A program made the position numbers and the translations under genes. Positions 9,800 through 22,484 of a stretch of 64,000 nt of DNA are shown one piece after another. This DNA is from Anaeromyxobacteraceae bacterium (GTDB lineage: Bacteria; Myxococcota; Myxococcia; Myxococcales; Anaeromyxobacteraceae): positions 128,001-192,000 of the forward strand of contig JAULAX010000005.1 of NCBI GenBank assembly GCA_032654565.1, given 5' to 3'. How positions within the stretch are numbered: position 1 is the stretch's first letter; each line of letters opens with the position of its first letter. The notes beneath the pieces are model-generated. The model saw only the letters and a program-made list of their open reading frames with translations. It did not search any database and was not told the origin of the DNA.

Positions 9800-10240
9800 A
9801 TGCCGGGCCACGTCTACCTCATCCGCCACGCCCGGGCCGAGGGTGCCGCGCCGGGGGGCGACGCCAGCCGGCGGTTGACGCCGGGCGGGCGCGACGCCTT
9901 CCGCGAGACGGTGGTCTCGCTGGCCGGCCGGCTCGAGCTGACGCGCATCCACGCCAGCCCGCTGCTGCGCGCCCGCCAGACCGGCGAGCTGCTGGCCGCC
10001 CTCACCGGCGCGCCACTCGAGGAGGACGAGGAGCTGGCCAGCGGCACCTCCACCGGCCGGCAGCTGCTGGAGCTGGCCCTGGAGCTGGGGGCCGGGGCGG
10101 CGCTGGTCGGCCACAACCCCGAGCTGGCCAGCGCCATCGCCCTGGCTGCCGGCCACGAGCTGGAGGTCCCGCCCGGGACGGTGGCCGCCGTCGGCCTCGA
10201 CGGCCGGCTGGCCTGGGTGGCCCGCCCCGGCTCGCCCTGA
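9800..10240 (+). CDS. sixA: SixA-like histidine phosphatase
   Basis: YLIRHARA, SPLLRARQT, LVGHNPEL. Confidence 0.85.
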   Translation: MPGHVYLIRHARAEGAAPGGDASRRLTPGGRDAFRETVVSLAGRLELTRIHASPLLRARQTGELLAALTGAPLEEDEELASGTSTGRQLLELALELGAGAALVGHNPELASAIALAAGHELEVPPGTVAAVGLDGRLAWVARPGSP

Positions 10241-10288
10241 CCATCGGTCCCGGGCCTCGAGCGCTCGGCGGCTGGTATGCTCGCCCCC

Positions 10289-11853
<1,565 letters not shown>

Positions 11854-11857
<4 letters not shown>

Positions 11858-12636
11858 CCGACCCGAAGTACGACCGCTTCCGGCGGCTGGAGCGGCCCCG
11901 CGCCGACGGGCCGGCGGAGCAGCCCCGCTCACCGGGGACCGACACCCGCATCGAGGCGGTGGAGGGGCCGGACGCCGCCGCCCCGGCCGCCGACCGCGGG
12001 GGCGAGGGGCCGCCGGCGTCGGGCGGCGACCTGGAGCGCTTCCGGACCCCGGCCGAGCGCCCGCTCGAGCTCGATCTCCCCGGCGAGGACGCCCAGCCCT
12101 TCCTGCGCTGCGCCTCCTGCGAGACCGACAGCGCCCGCACCGCCGCCCGCTGCACCACCTGCGGCGCCGACCTCGACACCGAGCCGCAGCGTGAGTTCAA
12201 CCGGCGGTTCTGGGCCGGGCGGAAGGCCGAGGCCGCCGCCGAGGCCGAGGTGCTGGCGGCGCGCCAGGCGGCGCGGGACGCCGAGCGGGTCGACGAGGGG
12301 GCGCTGCGCCGGCAGGCCGGCGAGTCCCTGGCACGCGAGGTGGGGGCCGCCGAGCGTCGGCGGCTGGAGCGCGAGGGGTTCGGGCCCGACTGGGGCGGCG
12401 GGTCGGTCCTGGGCCGGCTCGGCGACGGCGAGGCGTCCTCCACCCCCTGGGCCCTGCGCTGGCTGCGGACCATGACCCCGACCTGGGCGCTGTCGGTGGG
12501 CCTGCTGCTGCTGGGGCTCCCGGTCCTCCTCTTCCTGCTCTTCCCGCCGCTCGGCGTCCTGGCCGGCGCCGTGACCCTGGCCCTCTTCACCCCGCCGCGC
12601 TGGCGCACCCGCTTCGGCAATCGCTTCGGGCCCTGA
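11854..12636 (+). CDS. Hypothetical protein with zinc ribbon and C-terminal TM hairpin
   Basis: GTGA overlap with the ATPase stop; CASC...CTTC; two hydrophobic helices at the C-terminus. Confidence 0.75.
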
Positions 12637-12726
12637 ACTCCCCTTGATCTCACCCCGGCGATTGGCGAATCTGCCTCGCCCCCCACCGGCGCGGCCCGAC
12701 CCCGGCGCGCCTCCCCGGAGAACGAC

Positions 12727-14742
12727 GTGCCCAACGCGAGTCCCGAGCTGGTCCAGAAGGCGGTCAACACCATCCGCATGCTCTCGGCGGACGCCGTCCA
12801 GCAGGCCAACAGCGGCCACCCGGGCATGCCCATGGGGGCGGCCGACATGGCCTACGTCCTCTGGACCCGCCACCTCCGCTTCGACCCCACCGAGCCGCGC
12901 TGGCTGGGGCGCGACCGCTTCCTGCTCTCCGCCGGCCACGGCTCGGCGCTGCTCTACTCGCTGCTCCACCTCTGCGGCTTCGACTGCACGCTCGAGGACC
13001 TGAAGCAGTTCCGCCAGCTCGGCGCCCGCACCGCCGGCCACCCCGAGTTCGGCCACCTGCCCGGCGTCGAGATCACCAGCGGCCCGCTCGGCCAGGGGTT
13101 CGCCAACGGCGTCGGCTTCGCGCTCGGCCAGGCCATCCTCTCGGCCCGGCTGGGCGAGGGCAACCCGGTCGCCGACCACTTCACCTACGCCATCGTCTCC
13201 GACGGGGACCTGATGGAGGGCGTGGCCGCCGAGGCCGCCAGCTTCGCCGGCCACCAGAAGCTGGGCCGGCTCGTCTACCTCTACGACGACAACGGCATCA
13301 CCATCGACGGGATCACCGGCATCACCTTCGCCGGCGAGGACGTCACCCGGCGCTTCGAGGCTTACGGCTGGCAGGTGCAGTCGGTGGAGGGGCGCGACCA
13401 CGCCGCCATCGACGCCGCCATCGTGGCGGCCAAGGCCGACCCCCGCCCGTCGCTGATCCGGGTCAAGACCGTCATCGGCTACGGCTCGCCGAAGAAGGCC
13501 GGCACCTCCGGCGCCCACGGCGCGCCGCTCGGCGACGACGAGCTCAAGGCCACCAAGCAGGCGCTGGGCTGGCCGGTGGAGCCGCGCTTCCTGGTCCCCG
13601 ACGACGTCCGCGCCCACTTCGGCGCCGTGGTGGCCGGCCAGCAGGCGGGCAAGCGGGCCTGGACGGCGCGGGCCGAGGCCTGGCGGACCGGGCACCCGGT
13701 GGAGTCGGCGCTGCTCGACGCCCATGTCAGCCGCTGGGTGCCGGAGCGGATCCAGGAGCGGCTGCTGGAGGCCGGCCCCGGCGCCGACGCCACCCGCAAG
13801 CTGTCGGCGGCCGCGCTCAACCGCGCCGCCCCCATCGTCCCGTCGCTGGTGGGCGGCTCGGCCGACCTGGCCGAGTCCAACCTCACCGAGATCAAGGGCG
13901 GCGGCACCTTCTCGCCCACCCGGCTCGACGGCCGCAACATCCCCTTCGGCATCCGCGAGCACGCCATGGGGGCCATCGCCAACGGCCTGGCCTACGACGG
14001 GCTCCACATCCCCTTCGTGGCCACCTTCCTCCAGTTCGCCGACTACATGCGGCCGGCGGTGCGGCTGGCGGCGCTGGCGAAGCTGCAGGTCCTCTACGTC
14101 TGGACCCACGACTCGATCTTCCTCGGCGAGGACGGGCCGACCCACCAGCCGGTCGAGCACCTCACCGCGCTGCGCTGCATCCCCAACCTGCACGTGGTGC
14201 GGCCGGTGGACGGCGAGGAGGTGGCGGTGGGCTGGGCCCACGCCCTGACCCGCCGCGACGGTCCGACCGCGCTCATCCTCACCCGCCAGAAGCTGGCGCC
14301 GGTGGTGCGCGACGGCGGCTTCGACGCCGCCAAGGCGGCGCGGGGCGGCTACGTGGTCTCCGCCCCGGCCGGCGCCCGCTTCACGGTGATCGCCACCGGC
14401 AGCGAGGTGCCGCTGGCGGCCGCGGCTCTGGAGCTGCTGGCCAAGCAGGGGCTGGCGGGCCGGCTGGTCTCGGTGCCCTGCCTGCAGTGCTTCGAGGCCC
14501 AGGACCGGGCCTGGCGCGACGAGGTGATCCCGCCCGGCCTGCCGGTGGCGGCGGTCGAGGCCGCCGTCGGGCTGGAGTGGTGGAAGCTGACCGGGCGCGA
14601 CGGGCTGGTGATCGGCATCGACCGGTTCGGCGCCTCCGGGCCGGAGAAGGCGCTGGCCGAGGCGTATGGCCTGACCCCGGCCAAGGTGGCGGCGCGGCTG
14701 GAGGCGTGGATGGGCGGGAGGCCACCAAGCCAGTGGACATGA
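12727..14742 (+). CDS. tkt: Transketolase
   Basis: [54 protein letters not shown]. Confidence 0.97.
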   Translation: MPNASPELVQKAVNTIRMLSADAVQQANSGHPGMPMGAADMAYVLWTRHLRFDPTEPRWLGRDRFLLSAGHGSALLYSLLHLCGFDCTLEDLKQFRQLGARTAGHPEFGHLPGVEITSGPLGQGFANGVGFALGQAILSARLGEGNPVADHFTYAIVSDGDLMEGVAAEAASFAGHQKLGRLVYLYDDNGITIDGITGITFAGEDVTRRFEAYGWQVQSVEGRDHAAIDAAIVAAKADPRPSLIRVKTVIGYGSPKKAGTSGAHGAPLGDDELKATKQALGWPVEPRFLVPDDVRAHFGAVVAGQQAGKRAWTARAEAWRTGHPVESALLDAHVSRWVPERIQERLLEAGPGADATRKLSAAALNRAAPIVPSLVGGSADLAESNLTEIKGGGTFSPTRLDGRNIPFGIREHAMGAIANGLAYDGLHIPFVATFLQFADYMRPAVRLAALAKLQVLYVWTHDSIFLGEDGPTHQPVEHLTALRCIPNLHVVRPVDGEEVAVGWAHALTRRDGPTALILTRQKLAPVVRDGGFDAAKAARGGYVVSAPAGARFTVIATGSEVPLAAAALELLAKQGLAGRLVSVPCLQCFEAQDRAWRDEVIPPGLPVAAVEAAVGLEWWKLTGRDGLVIGIDRFGASGPEKALAEAYGLTPAKVAARLEAWMGGRPPSQWT

Positions 14743-16697
14743 TGCGCGCTTCCCTCCGGCCGGCCGTGGCCGCGCTCGCCTTCGCGGTCCTGGCCGCCTG
14801 CGGCAGCAAGAGCACCCCAGCGCCGACTCCGCCGCCACCGCCGCCGCCCAGCTGCGGGGCCACAACCACCACCGTCACGGCCAGCCAGCCCTGGCAGCGC
14901 TTCACCGCGGCCGACTGGAGCGGCACCTGCTCGCTCACGGTGGAGGCGCCGGCGCTGGCGCCGGGCGAGCGGCTGGCCGTCCTGCTGGCCCACGCCGAGC
15001 CCGGCGCCGCCGACCGGTCCCCGGCCACGGTGACGGCCGCCGGCACCGGCACGCCCAGCCTGTCCCCGGCGACCCCGCCGCTGGCCTCGCTGGCGGCGGG
15101 CGTGGCGGGCGCGGACTCCCCTGGCGACGAGGACGCCCTGGACGCCGGGGCCCGCCGTGGCGAGGCGCTGGTGACCGCGCTGCGCGAGGAGACCATCACC
15201 CGGTCGCTGGACGGCCGCCTGCCGCGGATCCTCCGCACGGTGGCACCCGCCCCGGCCGCCCAGGCCCCGCTCCTGCCCAGGCCCACCTACTGCATGATGC
15301 GCTGGGGGGCGGTCCCGGTCACCACCACCAACCCCGAAGGCAGGAAGCGGTACTGGCTCCCCGCCACCCTGGCCTACGAGTCGGCCCACGCCGCCTTCTA
15401 CTACACCGACGAGGTCGCGGCCGGGATCGACCTGGCCGTGGCGACGCGGACCGGTGTGGCCCCCAGCGGCGTGACGCCGTTCTGGGGCGAGCTGGCCGCC
15501 GCCTACGAGGCCCGGGTCCTCCCGAAGCTCAACACCTACTTCGGCGCCGAGAGCGACGTGGACGGCAACGGCAAGGTGATCTTCCTCTTCGGCAACAACG
15601 GGGCCGTCACCTCCGGGGCCACCAAGTCCTTCGTCTTCGGCTACTTCTGGTCGGCCGACCTGGTCTCGCCGCTCGCCACCGATGCCGCCAGCTGCGAGCA
15701 GGACATCAACGGCGCGGTCGGCAACAGGGCCGACCTGCTCTACCTGATGGACCCGGGGAACTACGCCGTCCTGGCCAACGCCGACCCGAGCACCAGGCCG
15801 AACGTCTACAGGGACGTGCTCAACTCGCTGGTGACGGAGAACTACCCGAGCGTGATGGCTCACGAGCTCCAGCACAACGTCAACTACGCCACCCGCTTCC
15901 TCCGGGGCGGCCCCTCCTCGGTCCGGGAGGAGCTCTGGCTCAACGAGGGGCTCTCGATGCTCTCCGAGACGGTGGCCGGGTACGGGCTCCACACCTCGTC
16001 GTCACGGTCGGCGGTCCGCTTCTACCTGGGGGAGGTCGATCCGAACTCCGGCTCCGCCCAGGTCGTCTACCACCGCAACTACGGCCTCACCACCTGGGAG
16101 AGCGATCCGCGCGGCAACTACGCCGCGGTCCAGGCCTACATGCAGTACCTGCTCGACCACGCCTCGCCCGCCATGACCCGGGCGCTCCTCAACCCCGCCC
16201 TGGCCGGCAAGGCCAACGTGACGGCGGCCACCGGCGTGGCGTGGGAGACCGGCTTCGCCCGCTTCGTCACCGCCTCGATGTTCTCCAACGAGGACACCGC
16301 GGCCAACCCGCCCGGCGCCCTCTTCCCCGGCACCATCTCCTCGGCGGGGAACGTGCTGGCCGGCTCGACCTACAGCTACCTCGGGGACGGCAGCGTCTCG
16401 CCCGACTACGTCCCCTGGCACCACTACACCGGCTTCTGCACCACCCCGGCCCCGGAGAGCCTGCGCGTGGCCAAGCCCCGCCTGGCCTACGTGGCCTACA
16501 CGCCGCTCAGCGCCGGGATCGGCTCCAGCGTCACGCTCCGCAAGGACGGCTGGGCCGCCTTCGCCACCGGTCCGGGCTCCGGCGCCGCCGCCAGCGTCAC
16601 GGTGCAGAGCACCGCCTCGGTCCCACCGCAGGTGGTGGTGGTGCGCTACACCGGGGCGCTTCCCACCTTCACGCCGCTCTCCACCACCTGCCCGTAG
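14739..16697 (+). CDS. Lipoprotein zinc metallopeptidase (gluzincin; M30-like)
   Basis: Lipobox VLAAC; Pro linker; [14 protein letters not shown] followed by WLNEGLS; ATGA overlap with the tkt stop. Confidence 0.8.
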   Translation: MMRASLRPAVAALAFAVLAACGSKSTPAPTPPPPPPPSCGATTTTVTASQPWQRFTAADWSGTCSLTVEAPALAPGERLAVLLAHAEPGAADRSPATVTAAGTGTPSLSPATPPLASLAAGVAGADSPGDEDALDAGARRGEALVTALREETITRSLDGRLPRILRTVAPAPAAQAPLLPRPTYCMMRWGAVPVTTTNPEGRKRYWLPATLAYESAHAAFYYTDEVAAGIDLAVATRTGVAPSGVTPFWGELAAAYEARVLPKLNTYFGAESDVDGNGKVIFLFGNNGAVTSGATKSFVFGYFWSADLVSPLATDAASCEQDINGAVGNRADLLYLMDPGNYAVLANADPSTRPNVYRDVLNSLVTENYPSVMAHELQHNVNYATRFLRGGPSSVREELWLNEGLSMLSETVAGYGLHTSSSRSAVRFYLGEVDPNSGSAQVVYHRNYGLTTWESDPRGNYAAVQAYMQYLLDHASPAMTRALLNPALAGKANVTAATGVAWETGFARFVTASMFSNEDTAANPPGALFPGTISSAGNVLAGSTYSYLGDGSVSPDYVPWHHYTGFCTTPAPESLRVAKPRLAYVAYTPLSAGIGSSVTLRKDGWAAFATGPGSGAAASVTVQSTASVPPQVVVVRYTGALPTFTPLSTTCP

Positions 16698-16774
16698 TCG
16701 GTCGCTGGGAACGAGACCGGCGCGACCGCTCTGGGCGATCGCGCCGGGGTCGTTGCGGTGAATCGAGGCGCTGG

Positions 16775-17104
16775 CTAGGCGCGCGCCACCGGCTGCGTCG
16801 GCGAGGCCGGGATGGCCGCCAGCGGCCGGCGCTCGATCCGCTCACCGTTGGCGAGCATCTTGAGCGAGAGCGAGAGCAGGCTGGCCAGCAGCTCGCCGGA
16901 GCCCGGCACGTCCAGCTTCCGGTAGATGCGCTTGCGCCGCGCCCGGATGGTCTCCGGCGAGACGCCGGCGGCGGCCGCCGAGTCCTTGCAGGCGAAGCCC
17001 TGGGCGATGCGCAGCACCTCGGCGCGCTCGGCGGGCGTCAGCGTCGACCCCTCCATGAAGCGGGCCGCGAACGGTGTGAGGATCTCGATGTCGATCTGAG
17101 CCAT
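16775..17104 (-). CDS. Stand-alone LuxR-type HTH regulator
   Basis: LTPAERAEVLRIAQG...GVSPETIRARRKRIYRKLDV; GGGGGA RBS. Confidence 0.85.
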   Translation of the reverse strand: MAQIDIEILTPFAARFMEGSTLTPAERAEVLRIAQGFACKDSAAAAGVSPETIRARRKRIYRKLDVPGSGELLASLLSLSLKMLANGERIERRPLAAIPASPTQPVARA

Positions 17105-17367
17105 GTGTGTTCCCCCGACGTGATGGCCCCGTTGGTCGAGGCCGTGTCTCCGGTCCCACCCCACTCAAGGCGTCGAGGCTGCTTCCTCAACGCCCCCCCA
17201 GGGACGAACTCGGTACGGCACACGTTAATACCGACCCAAGCGGTTGCCACCCCCCTCCGGTACTTTTTTTCCATCCATCCGTATTCAGGGATGGTTTTGG
17301 AGTCCCGCGGGGTGGTGGCTCAGACGGGGCGTTTCTGGTTCAGCTTCCCGGTCCCTCTTTCGGGTCG

Positions 17368-18288
17368 CTACCCGATCGAGATTCGGTCTCGTCGTTTCTG
17401 CGGCTCTGCCGAGACCGCGCAGTCACCGCCGGCCTGGCGTGCGCTGGTGAGCGCCGTGGTGGCCCGCTTCACCAGCGCCCCGAACGAGACCGTCCCGTGG
17501 CCGTCGTGGCTGGCCAGCCCGACGCTGACGCTGAGCGGGATGGTGCTGGAGCGCTCGCGAACCCGCGCGCAGATGCGCCGCGCCACCTGCAGCCCGCCAG
17601 CGGTGGCGGTGTGGGGCATCAGCACCACCAGCCGCTCCTCGCTGAAGGGGACGCTGATGTCGATGTCGCGCACGGCGCCGTCGACGACGCCGGTCAGCTC
17701 GCCGAGCAGCCGGGCCCGGGCCCGGGGACCGAGCTGGCCCACCAGCTCGTCCCAGCGGTCCACCGAGACCAGCGCCAGCGAGACCGGGAAGCCGTAGCGG
17801 CGGGAGCGCTTCACCTCGACGAAGAGCAGTCGCTTCAGGAAGGCGAGGTCCTGCGTCCCCGAGGCGGCCCGCGGCGGCTGGGCCCGGGCCTGCTCCGCCA
17901 GCTGGCGCCGCGCCGCCGTCAGCCGCGCGGCCATGGCGCAGGTGCTGGCCACCTGCGACCCGATGAGCGGACCCACCAGCAGGCCATCTGCGCCCAGCCG
18001 GTCCGGGAGCCCGGCGGCGCCCAGCCGGTCGGGGAGGCCGCCGGCCTCCTCCTCGTCGAGGCAGATGGCCACCACCGCCAGCCGCGGATCGGCCTGGCGC
18101 AGGGCCGCCACCAGCGCCTCGCCCCCGGCCGCGGCCCGGACCAGCGCCACCTGGTGGGCCGGGTCGAGGGCGCCCGCGGCGTCGGCCGGGGCCGCCACGT
18201 CGACGGTGAAGCCGGCCCGCTCCAGGTCGCGCTGCAGCGCGGCCGCCACCGGCTTCGAGTCGATGGCCACGAGGACGCGTCCGCTCAT
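17368..18288 (-). CDS. Pseudo-receiver plus degenerate GGDEF-domain protein
   Basis: EVKRSRRYGFPVSLALVSVD, VRDIDISVPFSEERLVVLMP (GGDEF position reads SEERL), SVSVGLA. Confidence 0.8.
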   Translation of the reverse strand: MSGRVLVAIDSKPVAAALQRDLERAGFTVDVAAPADAAGALDPAHQVALVRAAAGGEALVAALRQADPRLAVVAICLDEEEAGGLPDRLGAAGLPDRLGADGLLVGPLIGSQVASTCAMAARLTAARRQLAEQARAQPPRAASGTQDLAFLKRLLFVEVKRSRRYGFPVSLALVSVDRWDELVGQLGPRARARLLGELTGVVDGAVRDIDISVPFSEERLVVLMPHTATAGGLQVARRICARVRERSSTIPLSVSVGLASHDGHGTVSFGALVKRATTALTSARQAGGDCAVSAEPQKRRDRISIG

Positions 18289-18311
18289 CGCAGGCAATGT
18301 ATCATCGCCGC

Positions 18312-20015
18312 GTGGCCTCCGCCCGCATCGCCCTGGCGCAGATCGACCCCACCGTGGGGGACTTCGACGGCAACGCCGCCCTGATCCGGCGCGCCGCCGG
18401 GCAGGCCCGCGCCGCCGGCGCCTCGCTGGTGATCTTCCCGGAGCTGGCGCTCTCCGGCTACCCGCCGCGCGACCTGCTCGACCTGCCCGAGTTCCACGAC
18501 CGGGTGGCGGCCACGCTGGCGGCGCTGGCCGCGCCGGCCGACTGGTCGCGCGGCCTCTCCCTGCTGATCGGCTTCCCGGAGCGGGTCGAGGGGGCGCCGC
18601 CGCCGGGGCTGATGAACTCGGTGGCCCTGGTGGCCGGGGGGCGGGTCGCCGCCGTCGGCCGCAAGTCGCTGCTCCCCACCTACGACGTCTTCGACGAGAC
18701 CCGCTACTTCCTCCCCGCCGACAGCGCCACGGTGGCCGCGGTGGACGGGCTCCCCGCCCCGCTCGGCCTCTCGGTCTGCGAGGACGTCTGGAACGACAAG
18801 CGCTTCTGGCAGCGCCCCCGCTACGGCCGGGACCCGGTGGCCGAGCTGGTGGCCGGCGGCGCCCGGCTGGTGGCCAACGTCTCGGCCTCGCCCTACGCGC
18901 TCGGCAAGCCGGCGCTCCGCGAGCGGATGCTGGCCGCCTCGGCCCGCGGGCACGGCGTGGCCATCGCCTACGTCAACCAGGTGGGGGGCAACGACGCCCT
19001 GGTCTTCGACGGCGGCTCGATGCTGGTGGCGGCCGACGGCCGGGTGCTGGCGCGGGCCCCGCTCTTCCAGGAGGCGGTGCTGTCGGTCGACCTCGACGGC
19101 GGCCGGCCGGTCCTCACCGGCCCCGACGGCCTCCCCCTCCCCGCCGCCCCGGCCGCCCCGGCCGATCCCGAGGCCGACGAGCTCTTCGCGGCCCTGGCCC
19201 TGGGGGTGCGCGACTACGTGGTGAAGTGCGGCTTCCGCGCCGCCGTCATCGGCCTCTCCGGCGGCATCGACTCGGCGCTGACCGCCTGCCTGGCCGCCGC
19301 CGCCCTGGGGCCGGCCCAGGTGCTGGGCGTCGGCATGCCCTCGCGCTACAGCTCCACCCACAGCCGCGAGGACGCCCGGGCCCTGGCCACGGCGCTGGGG
19401 ATCGCCTACCAGGAGATCCCCATCGAGCCCATGCACGCCGCCTTCCTGGCCCAGCTCACCCAGGCCCAGGGGCGGCCGCTCGGCGACCTGGCCGAGCAGA
19501 ACGTCCAGGCCCGCATCCGCGGCCAGGTGCTGATGGCGCTCTCCAACGACACCGGTGGGCTGGTGCTCTCCACCGGCAACAAGAGCGAGCTGGCGGTGGG
19601 CTACTGCACCCTCTACGGCGACATGGCCGGCGGGCTGGCGGTGATCGGCGACCTGCCCAAGGGGCTGGTCTACCGGGTGGCGCGCGCCGCCAACGCCCGC
19701 TCCGGGCGCGAGCTGATCCCGGAGCGGACCTTTCAGAAGCCGCCCTCGGCCGAGCTCAAGCCCGGGCAGCTGGACCAGGACTCGCTGCCGCCCTACGACG
19801 TGCTCGACGACATCCTCCAGGCCTACCTGGAGGAGCGGCGCCCCTTCGAGGAGATCGTGGCCCGCGGCCACCCCGCCGAGCTGGTGCGGCGGGTGCTGCG
19901 GCTGGTGATCGGCAGCGAGTACAAGCGGCGGCAGGCGGCGCCGGTGCTCAAGGTCTCGGAGAAGGCCTTCGGCGAGGGGCGGCGGCTGCCCATCGCCCAC
20001 GGCTTCAGGCACTGA
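18312..20015 (+). CDS. nadE: Glutamine-dependent NAD+ synthetase
   Basis: Nitrilase domain (FPEL, KSLLPTYDVFDE, VCED) and synthetase domain (GLSGGIDS, TGNKSE, GYCTLYGDM, PPSAEL). Confidence 0.96.
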   Translation: MASARIALAQIDPTVGDFDGNAALIRRAAGQARAAGASLVIFPELALSGYPPRDLLDLPEFHDRVAATLAALAAPADWSRGLSLLIGFPERVEGAPPPGLMNSVALVAGGRVAAVGRKSLLPTYDVFDETRYFLPADSATVAAVDGLPAPLGLSVCEDVWNDKRFWQRPRYGRDPVAELVAGGARLVANVSASPYALGKPALRERMLAASARGHGVAIAYVNQVGGNDALVFDGGSMLVAADGRVLARAPLFQEAVLSVDLDGGRPVLTGPDGLPLPAAPAAPADPEADELFAALALGVRDYVVKCGFRAAVIGLSGGIDSALTACLAAAALGPAQVLGVGMPSRYSSTHSREDARALATALGIAYQEIPIEPMHAAFLAQLTQAQGRPLGDLAEQNVQARIRGQVLMALSNDTGGLVLSTGNKSELAVGYCTLYGDMAGGLAVIGDLPKGLVYRVARAANARSGRELIPERTFQKPPSAELKPGQLDQDSLPPYDVLDDILQAYLEERRPFEEIVARGHPAELVRRVLRLVIGSEYKRRQAAPVLKVSEKAFGEGRRLPIAHGFRH

Positions 20016-20071
20016 ACGGTCCTCCACCGCAGGCGGCTGGCCTGGGGCGGGGGATCCGCGGGAGGGGACCC

Positions 20072-20854
20072 ATGGCGAAGAAGCGGAGCGGCGGCGGCAC
20101 CGGGCGCGGCACCCGGACCTCGGCCGTCGAGGTGGAGGTCTTCCCCCCCGGGACCCTCTCGCTCGACGCGCTCGACCTGACCGCCGAGGTGGCCGAGGAC
20201 GACTACCAGGAGCGGCTGGCCAGGCTGGAGCAGCGGGCCCTGGTGGTCCAGATCCGGAACTTCCTGCGCGGCGGGCGGGCGGTGGTGGCCTTCGAGGGCT
20301 GGGACGCCGCCGGCAAGGGGGGCTGCATCAAGCGGCTCACCTCGGAGATGGACCCGCGCGGCTACAAGGTCTGGCCCATCGCCGCGCCGCGCGACGAGGA
20401 CGCCCGCCACCACTGGCTGTGGCGCTTCTGGCGGCGCCTGCCCGAGCAGGGCGAGCTGACCATCTTCGACCGGAGCTGGTACGGCCGGGTGCTGGTGGAG
20501 CGGGTCGAGGGGTACGCCAGGCCCCACGAGTGGAAGCGCGCCTACGACGAGATCAACGCCTTCGAGCGGACCCTGACCGCCGACGGCGTCCGGCTGGTGA
20601 AGATCTTCCTGCACATCGATCGCAAGGAGCAGAAGCGGCGCTTCGCCGAGCGCGCCGGCTCCCCGGCCAAGCGCTACAAGCTGGGGCCGGACGACTGGCG
20701 CAACCGCAAGAAGTGGCCGGAGTACCAGGCGGCCATCGGGGAGATGCTCGACCGCACCCACCGCCCCGACGCCCCCTGGGTGCTGGTGCCGGCCACCTCC
20801 AAGCGCCACGCCCGCCTCGAGGTGCTGCGCACGGTCATCGACCTGCTCTCCTGA
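20072..20854 (+). CDS. ppk2: Polyphosphate kinase 2 family protein
   Basis: FEGWDAAGKGG, MDPRG, FDRSWYGRVLVERVEG. Confidence 0.9.
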   Translation: MAKKRSGGGTGRGTRTSAVEVEVFPPGTLSLDALDLTAEVAEDDYQERLARLEQRALVVQIRNFLRGGRAVVAFEGWDAAGKGGCIKRLTSEMDPRGYKVWPIAAPRDEDARHHWLWRFWRRLPEQGELTIFDRSWYGRVLVERVEGYARPHEWKRAYDEINAFERTLTADGVRLVKIFLHIDRKEQKRRFAERAGSPAKRYKLGPDDWRNRKKWPEYQAAIGEMLDRTHRPDAPWVLVPATSKRHARLEVLRTVIDLLS

Positions 20855-20946
20855 CCGCGCCCCGGGGCCCGCGCCGCGGTGGCGCCGGCACGATCCGCTG
20901 GCGCCGCGCCCGGTCCGCGGTAGAACCCGGGCCAGGAGATCCGCCC

Positions 20947-21390
20947 ATGCTCACCCTCGTCCGCTACCTCCACGTCCTCTCCATGGCCACCTGGCTCGGC
21001 GCCGCCCTCTGGCTGGCCGGCGACGCCCGGCGCAGCCTGGCCGCCGACCCCGCCGCCGCCCGGGCCTTCTTCCAGCGGGCCCTGGCCTCGCTCCGGCTCG
21101 ACCGCTGGGCCGGGGTGGCCACCATCGTCACCGGGGCCGCGCTCTTCCACCTGGCCCATGTCTGGCCGGCGCTGCCGGCCGCGCTGGTGGTGGGGATGAC
21201 GCTGGGCGTGGCCCGCGCCGGGCTCACCGACGCCCTGCTGCTCCCCACGGTCCGCAAGCTCCAGGCCCGGCTGGAGGCCGGCGAGGCGCCGGCGGCGCTG
21301 CTCCCCTCGGCGGGGCGGCTGGCCATGCTCTCCGGGATCGGCCACCTGGTCTGGCTGGGGGCGCTGGCGGGGATGATCGCGGCTTCATAA
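20947..21390 (+). CDS. Four-TM membrane protein of unknown function
   Basis: AGGAG RBS; YLHVLSMATWLG start; four hydrophobic segments. Confidence 0.75.
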   Translation: MLTLVRYLHVLSMATWLGAALWLAGDARRSLAADPAAARAFFQRALASLRLDRWAGVATIVTGAALFHLAHVWPALPAALVVGMTLGVARAGLTDALLLPTVRKLQARLEAGEAPAALLPSAGRLAMLSGIGHLVWLGALAGMIAAS

Positions 21391-21501
21391 TCGCGACGGC
21401 GCCGGCCCCGTCCACCTGACGGCGCCTCCGCCAGGGCCCGTCGGGTCGGATCCGCTCGGGCCTGGTTGCGCTGGCGGCACCAGAGGCCGGCGCCCGCGCG
21501 A

Positions 21502-21690
21502 CTACCAGAGCTTCAGCACCGCCGAGAGCACCAGCCAGGCCGGCGCACCGCAGAGCAGCAGCGCCACCCAGGAGACCTGGAGCAGGCGGCGGCGGCGGGG
21601 CGGGAGGTGCGGCAGCGAGGCCCAGGTGCGCAGCCCGCCGGCGGCGAAGCCGAGGAGGGCGAGGGGGACGAGGAAGGCGGGGGAGTTCAC
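21502..21690 (-). CDS. Small two-TM hypothetical protein
   Basis: GTG start; two hydrophobic helices separated by PPRRRR. Confidence 0.5.
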   Translation of the reverse strand: MNSPAFLVPLALLGFAAGGLRTWASLPHLPPRRRRLLQVSWVALLLCGAPAWLVLSAVLKLW

Positions 21691-21898
21691 GGGGGGCCTC
21701 GACGAAGGTTCGGCAGGTTCCTTCAGAGGCGACGGAGCGGGGCGCGGGCAGGAAAGAAGGATCCGGGGGGGCGAGAGCCGGGCGCGGGCGGGAGAAGCGG
21801 AGCCGGTGGAGCTCGGAGCGGGGCCAGGGGAGGAGGGGGTGCTCGCATCTTGCGGCGGCGCCACCAGAAACCGGCGCCGCCACGACTGGCCGTCGCGA

Positions 21899-22462
21899 TT
21901 AGATTTGCATCACGTCCTTCTCCTTGGCCGCCACGATCAGGTCGACGTTCTTGACCCCGTCGTCGGTCTCCTTCTGCACCTTCTCCATCGACTTCTTCAC
22001 CTCGTCGGCGGAGCAGTCGCCGTCCTTCTCGGCGGCCTCGAGCAGCTCCTTGGCGTCGCGCCGCTCGTTGCGGATCGACACCTTGAACTCCTCGCCCTTG
22101 TGCTTCACCTGCTTGACGATCTCGCGGCGCCGCTCCTCGGTGAGGGCGGGGATGGGGATCCGCACCATGTCCTTGTCGGACATGGGGTTGAAGCCGAGGT
22201 TGGCGTCGCGGATGGCCTTCTCGATCACCGGGATGAGGTTCTTCTCCCAGGGCTTGGCCACGATCATGCGCGGCTCGGGCACCGAGAGCGTGGCCACCTG
22301 GTTGAGCGGCGTGGCGGTGCCGTAGTAGTCGACCCGCACGTTGTCCAGCATGTGGAGCGAGGCCCGCCCGGTGCGGACGGTGGCCAGCTCGCCCCGGAAG
22401 GACTCCAGCGTCCGGGCGATGCTGGCGTGCAGCTCCTTGACGACGTCGTCGGCGAGGCTCAT
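21899..22462 (-). CDS. frr: Ribosome recycling factor
   Basis: VRTGRAS, VDYYG, ANLGFNP, PALTEERRREIVK. Confidence 0.97.
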   Translation of the reverse strand: MSLADDVVKELHASIARTLESFRGELATVRTGRASLHMLDNVRVDYYGTATPLNQVATLSVPEPRMIVAKPWEKNLIPVIEKAIRDANLGFNPMSDKDMVRIPIPALTEERRREIVKQVKHKGEEFKVSIRNERRDAKELLEAAEKDGDCSADEVKKSMEKVQKETDDGVKNVDLIVAAKEKDVMQI

Positions 22463-22484
22463 GGCCGTCTCCTGGAAGCGGGCG

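Noticed and set aside
17236..17250. Sigma54 promoter upstream of the LuxR gene (TGGCAACCGCTTGG)
   Set aside because: The -12 GC dinucleotide is missing at the required spacing.
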